Assembly (NCBI RefSeq): GCF_016433145.1 | Contig: NC_058133.1 | Location: forward strand, 438,448,287-438,512,286 | From: Gracilinanus agilis | Lineage: Eukaryota | Direction: 5' to 3' | Length of the DNA: 64,000 bases | Part shown: piece by piece, positions 11,901 to 23,579 of the stretch | Layout: every line of letters begins with the position of its first letter | How positions within the stretch are numbered: the stretch's first letter is position 1 | The notes under the pieces: model-generated | What the model was told of the DNA's origin: nothing | The model's input: only the letters and a program-made list of their open reading frames with translations | Database searches by the model: none | Translations under genes and position numbers: made by a program

Positions 11901-12525
11901 TGAAGCATACAAGGAGATTGTGGCTATGTGGAAAAACTTGAGTAATTCAGTGATTTGCAGATAGTGACTTCTCATAGCCAATTAGGAACAAATTATGTCC
12001 AAGCCCCCTTGAGAGAGGCCTGTGTGAGCCTCTGGATCTTGATCCCAATTTTTCTAAAGATTTTCTATAGGACTCTACATTTTACAATCGAGTTGTGATA
12101 TTCTATATCATAACGACTTTAGTTATTTTCATAACAAGTCTAGTAACATAGTAAATGTCTGGCACACGGTAAATGTTTACTGCTGGGAGTAGACAAGTTG
12201 GCAGTGAGTCTGAGGCAAAAGTTCAGGGTTCTGTCTTTTGCTTTCTACTTGTTTGTATAATGTTGGGGCTGGCAGGACTATGAGTGCTAGCTGTGGGGTC
12301 ATTAGGCTCCAGGATATGGACAGATATGATAAGAGGTGAGCCTCTGTTATTTTGGGACCTAAGGGCAGAGCAATAAATCGTTTGAAGGCTAATATCTAAC
12401 TGCGGAAATGGACCTCACCTGAAAAACCCTTTGCAGCCTTCACAGGTCAGGACATGGAAGTGATAGCCTGTAGCCCTGTCCCCACACACAGCACAGCTCC
12501 TCAGTTCATCTTCTCTGCTTGCCAT
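5789..12525 (-). CDS. NR1I3: Constitutive androstane receptor (CAR), spliced gene (coding exons 12525-12419, 11766-11636, 11031-10862, 10282-10143, 9954-9809, 9696-9580, 9438-9333, 5918-5789)
   Basis: The exons sum to 1047 nt = 348 aa + TGA with GT-AG introns. C4 zinc-finger [40 protein letters not shown]...[17 protein letters not shown], and an LBD ending [14 protein letters not shown]. Confidence 0.97.
6330..6520 (+). mobile_element. SINE1_Mdo-type tRNA-derived SINE
   Basis: ggcagctaagtggct...gagttcaaatttggcctcaga...aaccccaattgcctag...gtattgattccaagacagaag. Confidence 0.75.
7700..8950 (-). mobile_element. Ancient L2 LINE fragment in the last NR1I3 intron
   Basis: Long purine-rich L2 antisense relic (gagtttgaaatgct...agaatgcagattgagaaaaggccaattggatttgg); boundaries approximate. 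Confidence 0.6.
9333..9438 (-). CDS. NR1I3: NR1I3 coding exon 7
   Basis: (D)[34 protein letters not shown](R)|gtagga. Confidence 0.95.
9580..9696 (-). CDS. NR1I3: NR1I3 coding exon 6
   Basis: (V)[38 protein letters not shown]|gtgaga. Confidence 0.95.
9809..9954 (-). CDS. NR1I3: NR1I3 coding exon 5
   Basis: [48 protein letters not shown]|gtaagg. Confidence 0.95.
10143..10282 (-). CDS. NR1I3: NR1I3 coding exon 4 (helix 3)
   Basis: [46 protein letters not shown](R)|gtcagt. Confidence 0.95.
10556..10715 (+). mobile_element. SINE1_Mdo-type SINE (internally deleted)
   Basis: ggtggctcattggatagag...ggtcctgggttcaaat...ctaagacagaaagtaagg. Confidence 0.7.
10862..11031 (-). CDS. NR1I3: NR1I3 coding exon 3 (hinge/helix 1)
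   Basis: (M)[56 protein letters not shown]|gtgagt. Confidence 0.95.
11636..11766 (-). CDS. NR1I3: NR1I3 coding exon 2 (second zinc finger)
   Basis: [43 protein letters not shown]|gtgagt. Confidence 0.95.
12419..12525 (-). CDS. NR1I3: NR1I3 first coding exon (exon begins at 12557)
   Basis: ctcag| acceptor 12559-12558; ATG 12525; [35 protein letters not shown](R)|gtgagg. Confidence 0.95.
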
Positions 12526-13017
12526 TGTTCTTGGGGCTTCAGATGGGTCCTGACAGCCTGAGAAAGAGGAAGGGTGAGCATTTTGTCCTCTGCAGCCTTT
12601 GAGCCTTCCCAGTTCCTCTCTCCTACAGGACCCACATCCCTAAGCTTTGTCTCGGGCTCACCTTTTTGTAGTTTAGCCTTCTTTTTTTTCCAGTTGCCTA
12701 TGTCCCCAGTTTCTCAAATATTCTACTCCCTATGGTCTGGGGTGATCCATACTTTCCCACCTCTCCTCAAAATTCTTGACTTCTCTCTCACCAGTTCAGC
12801 CCACATAAGCCGTCGCTCTTGCTGCACTTACATGTATGCCCCTCAGTTTCCTTTGGGAGTCATTGGGCTCCCTCCCCTCCCCAACTTGACATTTAGTTCC
12901 TGTCCCACTCAGGATTCTTAGTATTAAGTTTAGATTGTGGACCTCAGTACCTGAAAGGGGGCAATGGAGCCCAGTGGTGTGAAGCCTCCAGCTCTTCTCA
13001 GTGCTCAGGTGTAAGGG

Positions 13018-13030
13018 AGACTTTGGACCT
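13018..13030 (-). promoter_or_regulatory. DR1/HNF4A-type element upstream of the NR1I3 first coding exon
   Basis: The minus strand reads AGGTCC-A-AAGTCT, with the CAAAGTC core typical of HNF4A sites; ~460 nt upstream of the exon acceptor. Confidence 0.45.
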
Positions 13031-13719
13031 AGGATGGAGGCTAGGATGGGTGGTTTTCCCAGCATGCCCAAGAAGTTGGCATTGGCAGCATGGAGGAGGA
13101 GCTTAGTAGAAGGGAGAACCTAGGGACTGACTAACAGTGGTTTCTGTTCCCTCTCACACATTTTGCAATTCGGGTCAACAGGCTGTTGTTAAAGTAAAGG
13201 TATCTGTGGCAAACTTTAAATATGTCCAATGCATAATTCCAGTTTGTGACAGGATGAAGTCATCTGGCTTTATTCAAGGAATTCCTCCCGTTAGAAGGAG
13301 AAATTGGATAGACAGGACAAAGTGGAGGAATCTGACACATTAATAACTATGTATATTAATAGAGTAGGTGTAGGAGGGTTGAGATTACTCTGGTATTAAC
13401 ATGCCACTGCTGTGTTCTCTGAGCCCCAAGATAAAGGAACCAATGTTCCTGATCATGAATTTTAAGATTCTACCAGAGTCAACTTGGGTCCTCTCTCTCC
13501 CCCATACACACACACATAGCTCTCCATAGGGAAATGGTGGACTTTAAGTGGGGAATGAGGCAGATGTTTTCAGATGGGATCAATGTGTCCATATATCTTT
13601 CTTGGCTGAACTTATTTTGTTATAAGGAAGGGTTTTATGTTAGGGGCAGGGAGTCATTGGGGAAGTGGTGTGGTTGTTCAGTTGTTTCTGTCTTAATCAA
13701 CTCTTTGTAATCTCATTTG

Positions 13720-13908
13720 TGGTTTTCTTGGCAAAGATCCTGGAGCAGTTTTCCATTTCCTTTTCCAGCTCATTTTACAGATGGGGAAACCGAGGCAAAT
13801 AGGCTGAAGTGTCTTGTCCAGGGTCACACAGCTAGTTAGTGTCTGAGGCCAGATTGGAACTCAGGAAGACTCATCTTCCTGACTCCAGGCCAGATGCCAC
13901 CTAGCTGC
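13720..13908 (-). mobile_element. MAR1-type CORE-SINE
   Basis: ggttttcttggcaaagat...cattttacagatggggaaaccgaggc...gggtcacacagctag. Confidence 0.75.
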
Positions 13909-13969
13909 CACCAATATGAGAGGAAATAACAGTGATATAGATATATCTATGTGTATATATACACACACT

Positions 13970-14250
13970 TACACATATCCTTTTCACATCACTGGGGTTA
14001 GGGGCATGGCAACCCCCACCCCATGATCTGGAAAATCTGTGTAAAATTTTTTGGTACCAGAGAAGTCTAAATTTTTTTCTTTGTATGGTATTAAAAGATA
14101 AAATATGCTGATATTATATAATACTATTCATATATTTTATGCATTTCTGAGTTTCTAAACTTTCCACGTTATCTTCTGGCCTTCATGTGTTATCTGTGAC
14201 TTCTGTAAAACTCCTCTGAAATTCCTACTTAATTTTTTATGCCAATTTGA
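13970..14250. mobile_element. Tigger-like (Tc1/mariner) non-autonomous relic
   Basis: ggggttaggggcatggcaacccc...gatctggaaaatctgtgtaaaatttttt resembles CpG-decayed Tigger MITE ends. Confidence 0.4.
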
Positions 14251-16019
14251 AATATATTGAGACCACAATGGGGAAAGTTGTGATGTAGAAGGGATATACA
14301 GAGAGAGAGAGAAAGGGAGAGAGAGAGAGAGAAAAATTAATAAAACATGTAAAAAGAAACAAAAAATCAAGAAACTATAATCTTCAGGATAATTCTTCAG
14401 TGTACTCTTCCACACAATATAGTTGTTTTTAATGAATTTCTGGGGCTAAAAAATGCATTACTTAGTGATGAATTTAGCTAAGCTGGTCTTTGGACAACAG
14501 TCAGCTGCTGAGTGTCATACTCTCAAAGCCTTTCCAACTTAGTAGGACTCACCAGAGCTTGAGAATTCAGGGCCATCTCCATGTGTGTTGATCCATCAAA
14601 GTAAGCCTGAGTGGAGGCAATGTCCAATAATCTTTGTTAACATGCCTAAGAGGCCTCGCTTGTCCTTGTCTTCCATGAAATCCTCCATTGAAGAGCTGCC
14701 CAGTACATTGGAGACCTTCTTCTGGTTCTTTGAATATTTTATGCAAACTAATGCAACACTCTGGCTGTCCATCTGTTATCCCTTGCCCTGACTGAGTGAT
14801 AGACATGCCTCCTTTTCTGTGTCATAGGTGCCCTTGAGAAGTGACAAAAGACATCAGCAAGGGCAAGCCATTTTTGGCAATATGGCGTAGGCAACTTATA
14901 CCCACGCTTTGTGCCTTTCCGTTGCTTTAGGTCACCTGTTATTCTCAAGTGTCTGTGATGGCTTTTCATGATTCATAGTCACGTAGCATTTCTGGAAGAA
15001 TCTGGATGTCAGGAAGATGGGGCTTTTGGAATAGCTTGGGATCATTGAAAGTGTTCTTACTGCTGCCCAATTCCCCAAATGTGATTTAATCCAATTGAGA
15101 AGCAGCATGAAATAAAAGAAAGAATGCTGGACTTGGCAGGAGGAGTCCCCGGAGAGGGACCCAGTGACCTTTATATCTTCGATCCTATAATCATTTCTCA
15201 ACCAGCTAGACTCCTCTGGGCTTCTCCATCATTACTCCTTGCTGTGCTGGTACCTTCCAGTCTTTCCCACACCACTGCAACCCTTTAGTTTCCCTCTCTG
15301 TGTTATCTTCCCCATTTGAATGAAGCTCCTGGAAAACAGGAGCATCTTTTGCCATTGTATCCCAAGTGCTTAGCATAGTGCCTGGCACTTAGTAGGTGTT
15401 CAATGTTTATTAGGGGATAGTATACATATATATATATATATACACAATATAATAGGAGCATGTGCATGCAGTCTACAAAATTATCTGTCCAGTGCATGGC
15501 TAGCTCGAATGCTTCCTAAATTGTATTTTCCTCATATCTGTTCTTCAGGGTAGCCTGATTACTCATGGCCATTGGTAACATTCTTAAAACTCTGAAACTA
15601 ATTTTGAATATTCATGTGCCTTTCTTCCTGGGCCTCAGAAAGATGGTGACTATATTACCCAGGATGCTTGAAAAAGGACTTTGGCTAATAACTTCTCAAT
15701 TATGACACTGATTTTTTTGAAGCACTTAATCAACAAGACTTTATTATCAACTATTCTGTGGCAGGCACCGTGCTGGGGCATGAAGATAGAAATGAAACAA
15801 CCCCTGATCTCAAAAAGCTTTAATTCTATTGAGAGAGACAACACCCATATTTATGAGTCTGGATAATTTGGGGGGAGAAAGCACTAGCAGCTAGGGGCTT
15901 TAGAAAAAGCTTTCTGTAGAAGGGAGGAGTACTTGAGCTTAAGGAAAGCTAAGGATTCAAAAAAGTGGGAGATGATGAAGGCATGGGGGACCCCAAACTT
16001 TTCTTCATTTGTCCTTATT

Positions 16020-16272
16020 AAATTTTTGTTGTTTAGCCATTTTTCAGTCATGCCCAACTCTTTGTGACCCCATTTGAGGTTTTCTTGGTGAAGATACTAG
16101 AGTAGTTTCCCTTTTCCTTCTCTATCTCATTTTACAGATGAGGAAAATGAGGCAAACATGATGAAGTTACTTGCCTAGGGTCATGCAGCTAATCTGAGGC
16201 CAGATTTGAACTTGGATGGATGAGTCTTCCTGACTTTAGGCCCAGCACTTTATCCACTGTGCCACCTAGTCA
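16020..16272 (-). mobile_element. MAR1-type CORE-SINE
   Basis: ttcagtcatgcccaactctttgtgaccccatttgagg...tttacagatgaggaaaatgaggc. Confidence 0.75.
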
Positions 16273-16289
16273 CCCTTACTAAATTTTAT

Positions 16290-17230
16290 CTTTTTAGATT
16301 TGGCCCCATGTTCCAGCGTCTCAAGACATTTTTGTCTCAAGACTATTATCTAATGTGTTATCTTTCTTTCCCAGTTTCATGTCACTTGCAAATTTGAAAG
16401 GCATGCCATCCATATTTTTATCTAATTAACTGAAAAAATAAAAAATTAAACCTCACAGGTCTAAGAACAAATCTGTGTAGCCTTTTACTGGAGACCTTCT
16501 TACAAGGTGACACTGAACGACTTGCTCTTTGGGTCTTGCCACTCAATCAATTCTGAATCTACCCAGCTGCATTAACGTCACCCTCCCACCCCCACCCCAC
16601 TGCTCCATTTTATCCACCATAGCATGAAAGGCTAGATAAACTAAATCTCTAGTTCTCCCCCTAATCTCTTAGTCTAGNGAGTCTCAAAAAGAGAAAGTGA
16701 CTGAATGACACAGNNNNNNNNNNNNNNNNNNNNNNNNNNNNNNNNNNNNNNNNNNNNNNNNNNNNNNNNNNNNNNNNNNNNNNNNNNNNNNNNNNNNNNN
16801 NNNNNNNNNNNNNNNNNNNNNNNNNNNNNNNNNNNNNNNNNNNNNNNNNNNNNNNNNNNNNNNNNNNNNNNNNNNNNNNNNNNNNTGAGTGTGGCTTATT
16901 CTTGACAAAGTCAATGCCTTACAACTCCTTTTCTAGATGTTTATTTTTACTAACAGTCCCTTTCATAATAGTGTCTAGAATTTTGCCAGGAATCAAGATA
17001 AAATAGCCCATATTTTGCAGAAACCATTCTCTTCCTATTTTTTTGGAAACTGGAACACCATGTGTGCCTCTCTCTATTCCTGCAGAGGCTCTCCCATTTG
17101 CTGTAGTTTCCCCAAGATTGCCTTATCCTTTGACAGGTATCTCCTCCTTTTGACAACCTCTGAATCTCAAAAATCGAATCCTCAACATCCTCTGTGGACC
17201 TCGATCCTTCCTAATACCTCTTTCATTTCC
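16290..17230 (-). mobile_element. L3/CR1 LINE reverse-transcriptase relic (interrupted by an assembly gap)
   Basis: Antisense CR1-like text (cccagtttcatgtcacttgcaaatttg...; tctagaattttgccaggaatcaag). Confidence 0.55.
16714..16885. other. Assembly gap (N run)
   Basis: 172 N. Confidence 1.
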
Positions 17231-18278
17231 TATAGTCATTACCTCCCTCTGTAACATCACCGGCTTTTCTTCAGCTGGCTCCTTCTTTTTTACTCAATTC
17301 TTCTTACCCTTGAAAACCCTTCATCTGATGCTACAGCTCCCTTCTGGCTGCCATCCCATTTTCTGTTTCTTTGGGGCCTTTCTCTAACTAGTTATGACCA
17401 TTTGCCACCACTTGGGGGCTTGGACTTGCTTATATTCAGACACTTATTCTGGCCAAGGGCAGAAAAGCATTCATCCATTTACTCATCTACTCATTCAATG
17501 CACATCAATTGAGTGCCTTTGAGACACAGGAGGCACTCAGCTCTAAGTATGTAAGGAGCCGTTTTGCTTCAGGAGGGCTTTAACTCAGCTGGTCAAAGCT
17601 CCCCGCTTGGTTTTTGTTCCTTCTCCCTCTAGCTGCCTTGGGAAGGGAACCTTTTGTTTACTGGCTTACTAGCCTGAGTTCTTTATCCCTGCTTAGACCT
17701 GTGGTATTTGATGGTTTCTTTTTATCTGGTGATTTCTTTGAATCTGCTTCCTAATCTGCCTAATTTAGACTAACTTGCCTGCTCCTCCTCCTTTGGGGCC
17801 AAACTCCAGGTCCTCTTCGCCAGCCCTGTCCTGTTGCGCCGCCCAAGCCTTAGTGTGACTTTTGGAAAGAAGGGTTCATCAATCAATACCTGCCACTTTT
17901 GGGGAGACCTCTTACTGTCAGGCTTTCATCCTATGTTCAGTTACTTTAGGTCAAATAGAGTGAATTTCTCTCTTTCTGCTCTCTCCTCCCCTTTTCAACC
18001 ATTCTGCTGCATAGAACACTCTCCATAATCTACTTTTTCATGAGAGTTGATGTGGCCTTGGCTTCTGCCACCATGAGCTTGTGATTTTCCTCAGACCTGG
18101 AGAGAGGAATTCTGGGGCAAAAATCCAGACCAAGGGGATCACCGGTGGCAGCAGCAACACAAAGAACAGTCTGAGAGGGAGGCAGAAGGGGAAACAGAAG
18201 AGTCAACCCAACTTTGGGTGCAATCACACCAGGAAAGGGAGTGACCAGTCTCCCAGGATCCGGCCCTCATTATATTCT

Positions 18279-18414
18279 TTTTTTTTTCTTTTTTCTTTCT
18301 TTCTTTTTTTTTTTTTTTTTTTAACCCTTGTACTTTGGTGTATTGTCTCATAGGTGGAAGAGTGGTAAGGGTGGGCAATGGGGGTCAAGTGACTTGCCCA
18401 GGGTCACACAGCTG
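18279..18414 (-). mobile_element. 5'-truncated young SINE1_Mdo with poly(A) tail and 17-bp target-site duplication
   Basis: TSD ggccctcattatattct at 18262-18278 and 18415-18431; T-rich tail 18279-18320. Confidence 0.85.
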
Positions 18415-18967
18415 GGCCCTCATTATATTCTATAGAAGACTAGGAAGGAGGGGAGGCCCTAGCAGAGGGGCCCCACAATGAAAGAACTCTGGGAGTGGGG
18501 CTGAATGTAAAATGCAGGTCAGTGGAAGATTTGAAGATGTTCTTAGGGAGGAATTGAGTCCCTCTCTACCCATTGGAGCAAAGCCCCCAAAGCCCTATTT
18601 ATTGCTCTGCTCCTCCTTTCTTAGGCCCATCTTGCTTTCTTCCTGTTGGATATCCCTCTTTTTTCTCCTCAAATCACCATCTCCTGGCTTTGTTCAACTT
18701 CCATCTAAAACCCTGCTCTCATCCCAAAGCCTTTTCCTGTCCTCCTTAATACTAGTACCTTCTGAGATTATCTCAGATGTAGCCTGCATGTATCATGTTT
18801 GCTTGCTGTCTTTCCCATTAGACTGTGGACTCTTTAAGGACAGGGACTTAATAAATGCATAACTAACTCTTTTTTTGTCCCAACAATTGTGAGTATTGTC
18901 ACAAGACAGGCTTAATTAGCCCCTTAGCTATTTTCTTGAATCGATGCCCCTTTAAAATAGAGACCAG

Positions 18968-19150
18968 AGGGCAGCTGGTAGCTCAGTGGATTGAGAGCCA
19001 GGCCTAGAGATGGGAGGTCCTAGGCTCAAATCTGGCCTCAGACACTTCCCAGCTGTGTGACCCTGGGCAAGTCACTTGACCCCCATTGCCTACCCTTACC
19101 ACTCTTCTGCCTTGGAGCCAATACAAAATGGAAGGTAAGGGTTTTAAGAA
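18968..19150 (+). mobile_element. SINE1_Mdo, near full length
   Basis: gggcagctggtagctcagtggattgagagccaggcc...gaaggtaagggtttt. Confidence 0.85.
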
Positions 19151-19203
19151 GGAAAAAAAGATAGAAACTATTTCTTCATATAGCACAAATTAACAACTAC
19201 ATG

Positions 19204-19726
19204 TGAAACACTGTAATGAGCAAAAGATGAAATGACTGAGGAAACAAAGGTTCGATCTTCAGAGTGTATCAATTTATTAAGCAATGCATGGCAATTGCCC
19301 AATAAATTGGGACCAAGATCCTTCCTTGGCTTAGGGCTGGACTCCAAATATGGGAAAAGACATACTTTTATACCTTAAAAACAATTAATCCAGTAAGGCC
19401 AATCAAAAAGGAAACAATACAACATTCATTAATCTGATTTCTAATTGGATAAAGATTAGGGACTTTCCAAGTTGGGAGGGGAAGAGTGAACAGGTGCAAT
19501 TTCTTGAATTCAAGAAGAGATGTTCCATTCCTCCCCAAGTATCTGTAAACAATCTCGGAACATGGGAATCATCACTGGCTGGTCAGTATGGGGCCAGTTT
19601 TTAGATAAGACTTGAAGGGTTTCCAGTTATAACGAATTATGAAGATACTAAAGATGTATTCAATAGCTGACTCTACTAAGCAAAGTGTTCATGGACCTGA
19701 TTTATGGATATGTTTATAATATTTCA
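19204..19726 (-). mobile_element. Solo LTR (ERV1-like)
   Basis: TGAAA...TTTCA termini, 4-bp TSD CATG (19200-19203 and 19727-19730); TATA-like and AATAAA motifs on the minus strand. Confidence 0.6.
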
Positions 19727-19857
19727 CATGATTGATTTCTGAATATTTAAATTGGATGGGATTTAAATTTTATGGAACTTAAAAATTAAGCCTTCTTTAT
19801 TATCTGCAGTCTGGAAGCTACCTATTTGTAAAGGTCCTTTGAAATGTCAAAGACATA

Positions 19858-20060
19858 CTCTTTTTTTTTTTTTTTAACCCTTACCTTCCATCTTGGAGTC
19901 AATACTGTGTATTGGTTCTAAGGCAGAAGAGCAGTAAGGGCTAGGCAATGGAGTTAAGTGACTTGCTCAGGGTCACATAGCTAGGAAATGTCTGCAGCCA
20001 AGACCTCCCATCTCTCATCTTTGGGCCTGGCTCTCAATCCACTGAGCCACCTAGCTGCCC
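19858..20060 (-). mobile_element. SINE1_Mdo
   Basis: poly-T then aacccttaccttccatctt...ccactgagccacctagctgccc. Confidence 0.85.
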
Positions 20061-20974
20061 TCTCAAAGACATATTCTTAATTTCTGAATGAGGTTGGGCC
20101 AGTATTCCAGTCAGGAAGGACTTTCAAATGAGCTACTATTATCTTGTTCTTAATTTTCATCCATTACTTTCCAGCTTTCAGCTTCCCTCCTCAGATGATT
20201 AAACCCACACGAGAATTGTATGTAGGGGCTGGTCCTCTAAAAGATGTATGGGTTGCTGGAGATGTACAATTATAAGAAAATGCAAAACATCAATCTTAGG
20301 CTCTGACTACATTTCTGGGCAATGTGACCTAGATCTCTAAACATCAGCTACAGGTAGTCCAGTTTCCCCAGAGTCACGCAGGGCTGAGATCAAACAATGC
20401 AATAAGGTTTTCTCCAAGTTCCCACAATCAAATAAACGTCTCTCAGAAGACAGAATTTGAATTATGCCCATAATTGAATAGAAAGGTAACTAAACTAGCT
20501 CCAAAATTGAGTTACAAGATGGAGTTGGTGTGGCTTGCTCAATTTCCACAATTTACTTGCTATACGAATCCCCTCGATTTTTTCTCAACACCATCATTTA
20601 TAACTTCATTCTTGTATCTTTTGTTGTTTATATTTCATCCAATGGTACCTTCATTCTCAATTATTAATCCATAAGCATTGGAGTTATCTTTCATTCATTC
20701 CCTATACCAATTAGTCAACAAGCCCCATCAACAATTACTTCCTAGTGCCTTTTTTATTTGTCTGTTCACTTTAAAGGGAAAAAAAATCATGTTTGCCTTT
20801 ATGTTACAACCAAATAATTTTGGAGAAAAATTTAAAAAGCCTTCGCTTTCAAATGAATCATCTTCTTTGACAAAATAACGAAAGAACAACATCCAACTCA
20901 GTGACTGTACCTGGCGATTTCAACAACTAGTAGAACTCTATCTCCCTCCTACCACTTTTGGGGAAAGAGGTGTG

Positions 20975-21475
20975 TTCTCTGGATGTGGATAGCTTTCTTT
21001 CTCAAAAGTCCCTCAGAATTGTCCTGGATTCTTGCATTGCTGCTAGTAGAGAAGTCTTTTACATTCCATTGTGCCACAGTGAATCAGTCTCTGGTTCTGC
21101 TCCTTTTGCTCTGCATCAATTCCTGGATGTTGTTCCAGTTCACATGGAATTCCTCCAGTTCATTATTCCTTTCAGCACAATAATATCCCATCACTATCAG
21201 ATACCATAGTTTGTTCAGCCATTCCTCAATCGAAGGGCATCCCTTCATTTTCAAATTTTTTGCCACCACAAAGAGCATGGCTATAAATATTTTTGTACAA
21301 GTGTTTTTCCTTACTATCTTTTTGGGATACTAACCCAGCAGTGGTATGGCTGGATCAAAGGGCAGGCAATCTTTTAAAGCCCTTTGTGCATAATTCCAAA
21401 TTGCCTTCCAGAATGACTGGATCAATTCACAACTCCACTAGCAATGCATTAGTGTCCCAATTTTGCCTCATCCTG
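20975..21475 (-). mobile_element. Marsupial L1 3' fragment (ORF2 C-terminus)
   Basis: Translates to LFVVAKNLKMKGCPSIEEWLNKLWY...EEFHVNWNNIQELMQS, typical of the L1 ORF2 end. Confidence 0.85.
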
Positions 21476-22530
21476 GGAAGTATATTTTATCATCTCTTGG
21501 CTCCTGGCATTTTTTCTAACTGTCTCCCATGCCTGAAATACTCTCCTTCTTCATCTCTGCCTCCTGGCTTCCTTAGTCCCAACTAAAATCTTACCTTCTA
21601 TGGAAAGCCTTTCCCAAACACTCTGAACTCTAATGTCACCCTTCTCTTATTTATTATCTAGCCTGTGTATAGTTTATTTGTACATATTTGTTTGCTTGGT
21701 GTCTCCATACTTATCAGGTTGGTGATCCAGAGGATAGAGCACTAGGCCTGGAATCAGAAAGACCTGAGTTCAAATTTGACCTCAGATGCTTATTATTTAT
21801 TTACTCTGGGCAAGTAATTTAACCTCACTTTCTTCAACTATAAAATGGAATAATCACATCTACTTCACAGGGTTGTCGTAAGGATCAAATGAAATAATAT
21901 TTGTGCTTGGCACATAGTAGGTACTATAGAAATGCTTATTCCCTTCCCCATGAGCTTCTCCTTTTTGTATCTAAGTGCTTAGCACAGTGCCTGACTAGGC
22001 AGTAGGTTATTAAGGACTTTGAATGCCAGAGGACTTTGTATTTGATCCTGAAGACAATTAAGGAGCCTCCAGTTTGAGTGGAGGTGGGAAGGTGACTTGG
22101 TCAGATCTACATTTTAAGAGAATCACTTCAGTATCTGAAATTTAGGATGGAGTAGGGAGTCTGACTTGAGGCAGACAGACCCACCAGCAGTTATTTCAAT
22201 AGTCCAGACAGTGAGGTGATGAGGACCTTCACTAGATGACTAGTGGTGTCAGAGGACAGAAGGAAGCCAATTGCTGAGATATTGCGAAGGGGTCAATTTT
22301 CTATATATCTTGGATGCCATGTTTTTATTGGTAATATTTCATGCAACTATTTTTTCACTTAAAGTTTCTCTTATTTTATTTTCCTTGACCTCTTCTTTCT
22401 TGTGGTCATTAATGTATGTCTGGCTGTATTATTATCTTAGCATTTGTAATATTTATGGTAAGCATGTCAAATGCTGCTTTCCTTAAGCCTACAAAAAGGT
22501 AGTGAGTTTCCCTATTAATTATCCATCGAG

Positions 22531-22738
22531 GGGACAGCTGGGTGGATCAGTGGGTTGAGAGCCAGGCCTAAAGGCAGGAGTTCCTGGGTTCAAATTTGAC
22601 CTCAGATACTTCCTAGCTGGGTGACCCTGGGCAAGTCACTTAACCCCCATTGCCTAGTCCTTACCATTCTTCTCCCTTGGAACCAATACACAGTATTGAT
22701 TCTAAGATGGAAGGTCAGGGTTCAAAAGGAAAAAAATT
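22531..22738 (+). mobile_element. SINE1_Mdo
   Basis: gggacagctgggtggatcagtgg...gtattgattctaagatggaagg. Confidence 0.85.
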
Positions 22739-22855
22739 ATCTAGCAAGGGAGAACTGTATATGAATTGATCATCAAGTGGTATTCTCCTAGAGAAACCCT
22801 ACCAGTGGCCTCTTTAAGTCTCTGATTTATGTAGTCCATCATTTCCCTAAGAGGT

Positions 22856-22886
22856 TGCAGTTCCCGCACTCTCCACTAGAGGATGC
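22856..22886 (+). promoter_or_regulatory. CTCF-like motif with upstream module, between NR1I3 and PCP4L1
   Basis: TGCAGTTCC-8 nt-CCACTAGAGGATGC; 2 mismatches in the core. Confidence 0.4.
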
Positions 22887-23149
22887 TCAGCCTGCATATA
22901 CCTACAACAGATCTCTCCACCCCTCTCCTGCCCCTGAGGCTAAGATTCCAAGAAGCAGGTGCAGAATTTAATTCAGTGGATGATATGGAATATTACTCAA
23001 AATATTAAAATATGCAATCTACAATCATTACCCGAACTCTAGAGCCCATAGATATGGGTTTCTAGGTCAGAACTTTTTCCCTTCTGGTCATAATTCCATC
23101 CACAGCCATGGAACTCATACACAACATATTGTAATCTCATAGTTTTTTT

Positions 23150-23534
23150 TAATATAAAACAACAACAAAAAAAGTGGGAGTGGTGGAGTAATTGGTTATG
23201 TCCTCTTTTTTCTTTTAACTCTACTTTCTGTCTTAGTAACAACTCTAAGACAAAAGGGCAAGGACTAGGACTAGACAAACAGGGTAAATTGACTTGCCCA
23301 GGGTCACCCAGCTAGGAAGTGTCTGGGGTCAAATTTGAACTCAGGACCTCCCATTTCTAGGACTGGTGCTTTATTCACTGTCCCACCCAGCTGCCCCTAT
23401 GTACTCTTATATGGAACTATCTACTTCCAACCCTCTCACAAATCTCTTCCCTTTTGCTTTTTCAGATCTTTGGGGGAAATTTTTTTTGGAACCTTTGACT
23501 CCTATAATTCATAGAAAAGAGTGAAACAAAAGGG

Positions 23535-23579
<45 letters not shown>

